Made by a program: the position numbers and the translations under genes. The notes below the pieces were generated by a model that made no database searches, was not told the origin of the DNA, and worked only from the letters and a program-made list of their open reading frames with translations. A stretch of DNA of 64,000 nt from Raillietiella orientalis (lineage: Eukaryota), in the NCBI GenBank assembly GCA_036172245.1, contig JAYWIR010000032.1, positions 124,001 through 188,000 of the forward strand. The letters run 5' to 3'. Below, in pieces: positions 61,371 to 64,000 of the stretch (position 1 is the first letter of the stretch; every line of letters begins with the position of its first letter).

Positions 61371-64000
61371 GTATAAAACTCTACAAGAAAACGTGGTACA
61401 AGGCCCTACTAACGGCCACACAGCACCGGACCTGCCGGGACGCCGGGACGCAGCCCAGCGTGACGCTCCTCGGCAGGGGAGGGGATGGGGATCAAAACAA
61501 ATTTAAAAATAAAAATAAAGGAAAACAAAAAGAGTTTGGAGGGAGGGGAAGGGATCACGTTCCACTTAGAGGAGGGTCCATCCTTCGCAGGATGCCCTCT
61601 AGGTCCATCTTCATGTTTCCCAGATAGGGCCATCTCGCTGCTCTCCGCATGAAGCAGACCGCATACGGGATTACATCCCTCAAGTTGGCATCCACTCCTT
61701 CGTCGCGAATGTCGCTCCATCCCGTCACGATGCCCCGGATGCAGCAGAGGGCTGCGAGGGCTGCGGCGGGCTGCAGGGCGTCCCGCACGAAGAGGGGCCG
61801 AAGAACGTCTCTGGGCGCGCTGCCCATTGGGAGCCCGAAGGTCGTCCCGAACCGTTCCCACAGAGGTCGGAGGGCAGCACAGTCAACTAGTAGGTGGGGG
61901 AGCGATTCCCGCTCCCCACACCTGGCACACTCAGGCCTTACACTCCCCCGCGTCCAGTGAAAGCGGCGCGCGTTGCAGGGTAGACCCCAGTGCAACAGCA
62001 GCAGCGCCGACTCTTGCCACTTCAGGGGAAGAAGCCTGGATCCTATCAGTATTGGGGGCCACTTCAGGTCATCCGTCGGGATGCCGAGCAGCCCGCCCCA
62101 TCTACGAAGTCCACGAGGGAAAGCACTCGGGGTCGTGGCATCCGCCAGTTCTCCCATGGTCCATCCGCTCATCTTCTTCTCCTTGCCTGCGATTCGGCAG
62201 GAGACTTGCCACTTTGGCTTGCGGCCGCTTGTTAAAGCCCTCCAGAGGAAGGGCAGGGTCGAAGCTAGTGGGGTGGTCTATGCCCACGTGCTCCTGGCGG
62301 TACACTCCAGAGTAGTCCGCAGTGTGCAGCGGGCGTTGGGGCCGAATCGCAGGCGGTTCAAGTCCGGGGAAGTCTGGAGGTTCAGCTTGGCCCACGTCGC
62401 AACTGATTCTTCCAGCCAGGCGGAGGAGTCGGCGGGGCTGCATACCGTCCAGCCGTTGTCTCTGACCAGGGCTTCCATGCGTTCAACAAGAAGGCCGCAT
62501 CTTCTCACCTTCCTGCCGGAGCACAGAAGGTACGACGCGAGTCCTTGCGTCCTGGACACACGGCTGGCGAGGATTCGGGCCGGAACGCACCAAGGGGTGC
62601 TCCATGACTTTGCTGCGATGGCGAGGGTTCACCATCGCAGCTGTATTTCCAGGCGCTCCAGCGTCAGGAGGCCGAGACCGCCGTCCCGACGAGGAGCGCA
62701 TAAATCATCCAGAGGCACACGTGGCCTCCCGCTGCCCCAGAGGGCTATGCGGAGTAGGTCTTTTGTCCTCTTTTCAATGTCACGGGGGACGAAGCACACA
62801 AAAAGCAGGGAGCGGAGGATGGGAGCCGCGAAGGCGTTCCACACCGAGGCCCGTTCCGGCAGAAGGAACTTGCCTTCCAGGAACGGGCCGATTGCCAACT
62901 CTACCTTCTGGAGACGACCTGACCAGGCTTCTGCGAGGCAGAAGTCCCCCAACGGGACACCCAGGTACTTCAGGTACCTGGCCGTGGGGATCCCCAAGCG
63001 GATCCAGTCAGGCCGTCCGACCCACGTCGCACCCACCGGTACGACCGACGACTTCGCCTTGTTTACCCGCAGTCCAGTCCCACGACTTAGCAGGTCGAAG
63101 AAATCCTCGACTGCGGCTGCCGGGGCGGACATGGGCAACATGAGCAGAAGGTCGTCGGCGTATGGTGCTACGGCGGGCGTGCCGAGGCACTAGCTGGGCA
63201 GGGCAGCCAAAGTCACCCTGTACGCTCTCAGCACCAACTCAAAGTAGGTGCTAAAGAGCAGGGGACTGAGGCTATCGCCCTGCCGTATGCCCCGCCGCAC
63301 CGACACGCCGTACACCTGTTGGCTGGAAAAGCAGATGTTAATTATGGCGTTGCGCCAGCAGGAGCGCAGGAAGGAGAGAAGGGAGGGTGGGAAGCCCATG
63401 CGACCCAGGAGCTCCAACAGTAGCTCCTGGTCAACGCAGTCGAACGCCTTATGGAGATCGACCGCGATCGCTAGGGCCCCCTTCCCAGCCCGGGTGTCCA
63501 TTCCCAGCCCAGCTGGCGGCCCCAAAGTGGGGTTGCCAATCTTTCCGCCAGTTTCATTCAGGCAGCGTTGCACATGGAACCATGTGCTCGCGAAGAACAA
63601 GTTGGCATCCATACTTCGCTTGGGAACAGCGTATGTCTGCTCCGGGCTAATTATGGAGTCTGCCACCTGTCCTAGACGCGAAGCTCACAGTATAGCGATG
63701 AGCTTGGCGTCCGTATTCACAATTGTGATCGGACGCCAGTTGCCTAGGGATCTCAGGTCTCCTCCCTTCGGGAGGAGCCACACACGGGCTGACCGAAACG
63801 AGGCGGGAACGTCGCCTTCGTCTCGGATCAGCCCGGTCAACTGAAGCACCAGGGGTGCCAGCTCTGCCGCGAAACATTGAAAGAATTCCGCAGGCAGGCC
63901 ATCCTCCCCTGGCGCCTTTCGCCTCTTGAGCCTTTTAATACCGGCGAGAATTTCACCGGTAGAAAAAGGCTCGTCGAGGCTGATCTTCTCCTCCTCCCCT
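61339..64000 (-). mobile_element. LINE 'U' (Y-like), RT to 3' end, running off the window; inserted antisense at GF^G
   Basis: DLHKAFDCV, GIRQGDSLSP, YADD region, KYLGVPLG and CARCGERESLPHL; 3' rc AATAAACGCCCCGGGCGTACCCGGGTGGAAAC. Confidence 0.93.

Noticed and set aside
60451..61506. 351-aa stand-alone endonuclease gene
   Set aside because: It is the ORF2 of V truncated at 61338 by insertion of U. The tail is read-through into U's antisense 3'UTR.
10263..64000. LTR retrotransposons or an assembly collapse explaining the repeats
   Set aside because: No LTRs, PBS, protease or integrase were seen. The copies are mutually diverged and joined at precise termini with TSDs.

Overview
Eukaryotic genomic DNA; the host cannot be identified from the sequence. 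Positions 1-10.2 kb are AT-richer. They hold no gene I can identify, only a 390-bp inverted duplication. From ~10.26 kb to the end the window is a continuous, GC-rich cluster of about 22 pieces of L1/Tx1-type (Zepp-like) non-LTR retrotransposons. ORF1 carries CCHC zinc knuckles; ORF2 carries an APE endonuclease, RT and a C-terminal Cys/His domain. All copies are disrupted. The main observation is that the nesting is non-random: different subfamilies repeatedly insert at the same nucleotide of conserved ORF2 motifs of their relatives. One goes sense into the endonuclease GD^FN motif, one antisense into the RT DLHKAF^D motif, and one antisense into the EN-RT linker RGF^G motif. This builds a four-level nest whose target-site duplications can be reconstructed. 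Shared terminal signals are also visible: 5' GAGCGGACGTG, a 3' AATAAACG plus stem-loop with no poly(A) tail, and a TAATG stop/start overlap between ORF1 and ORF2.
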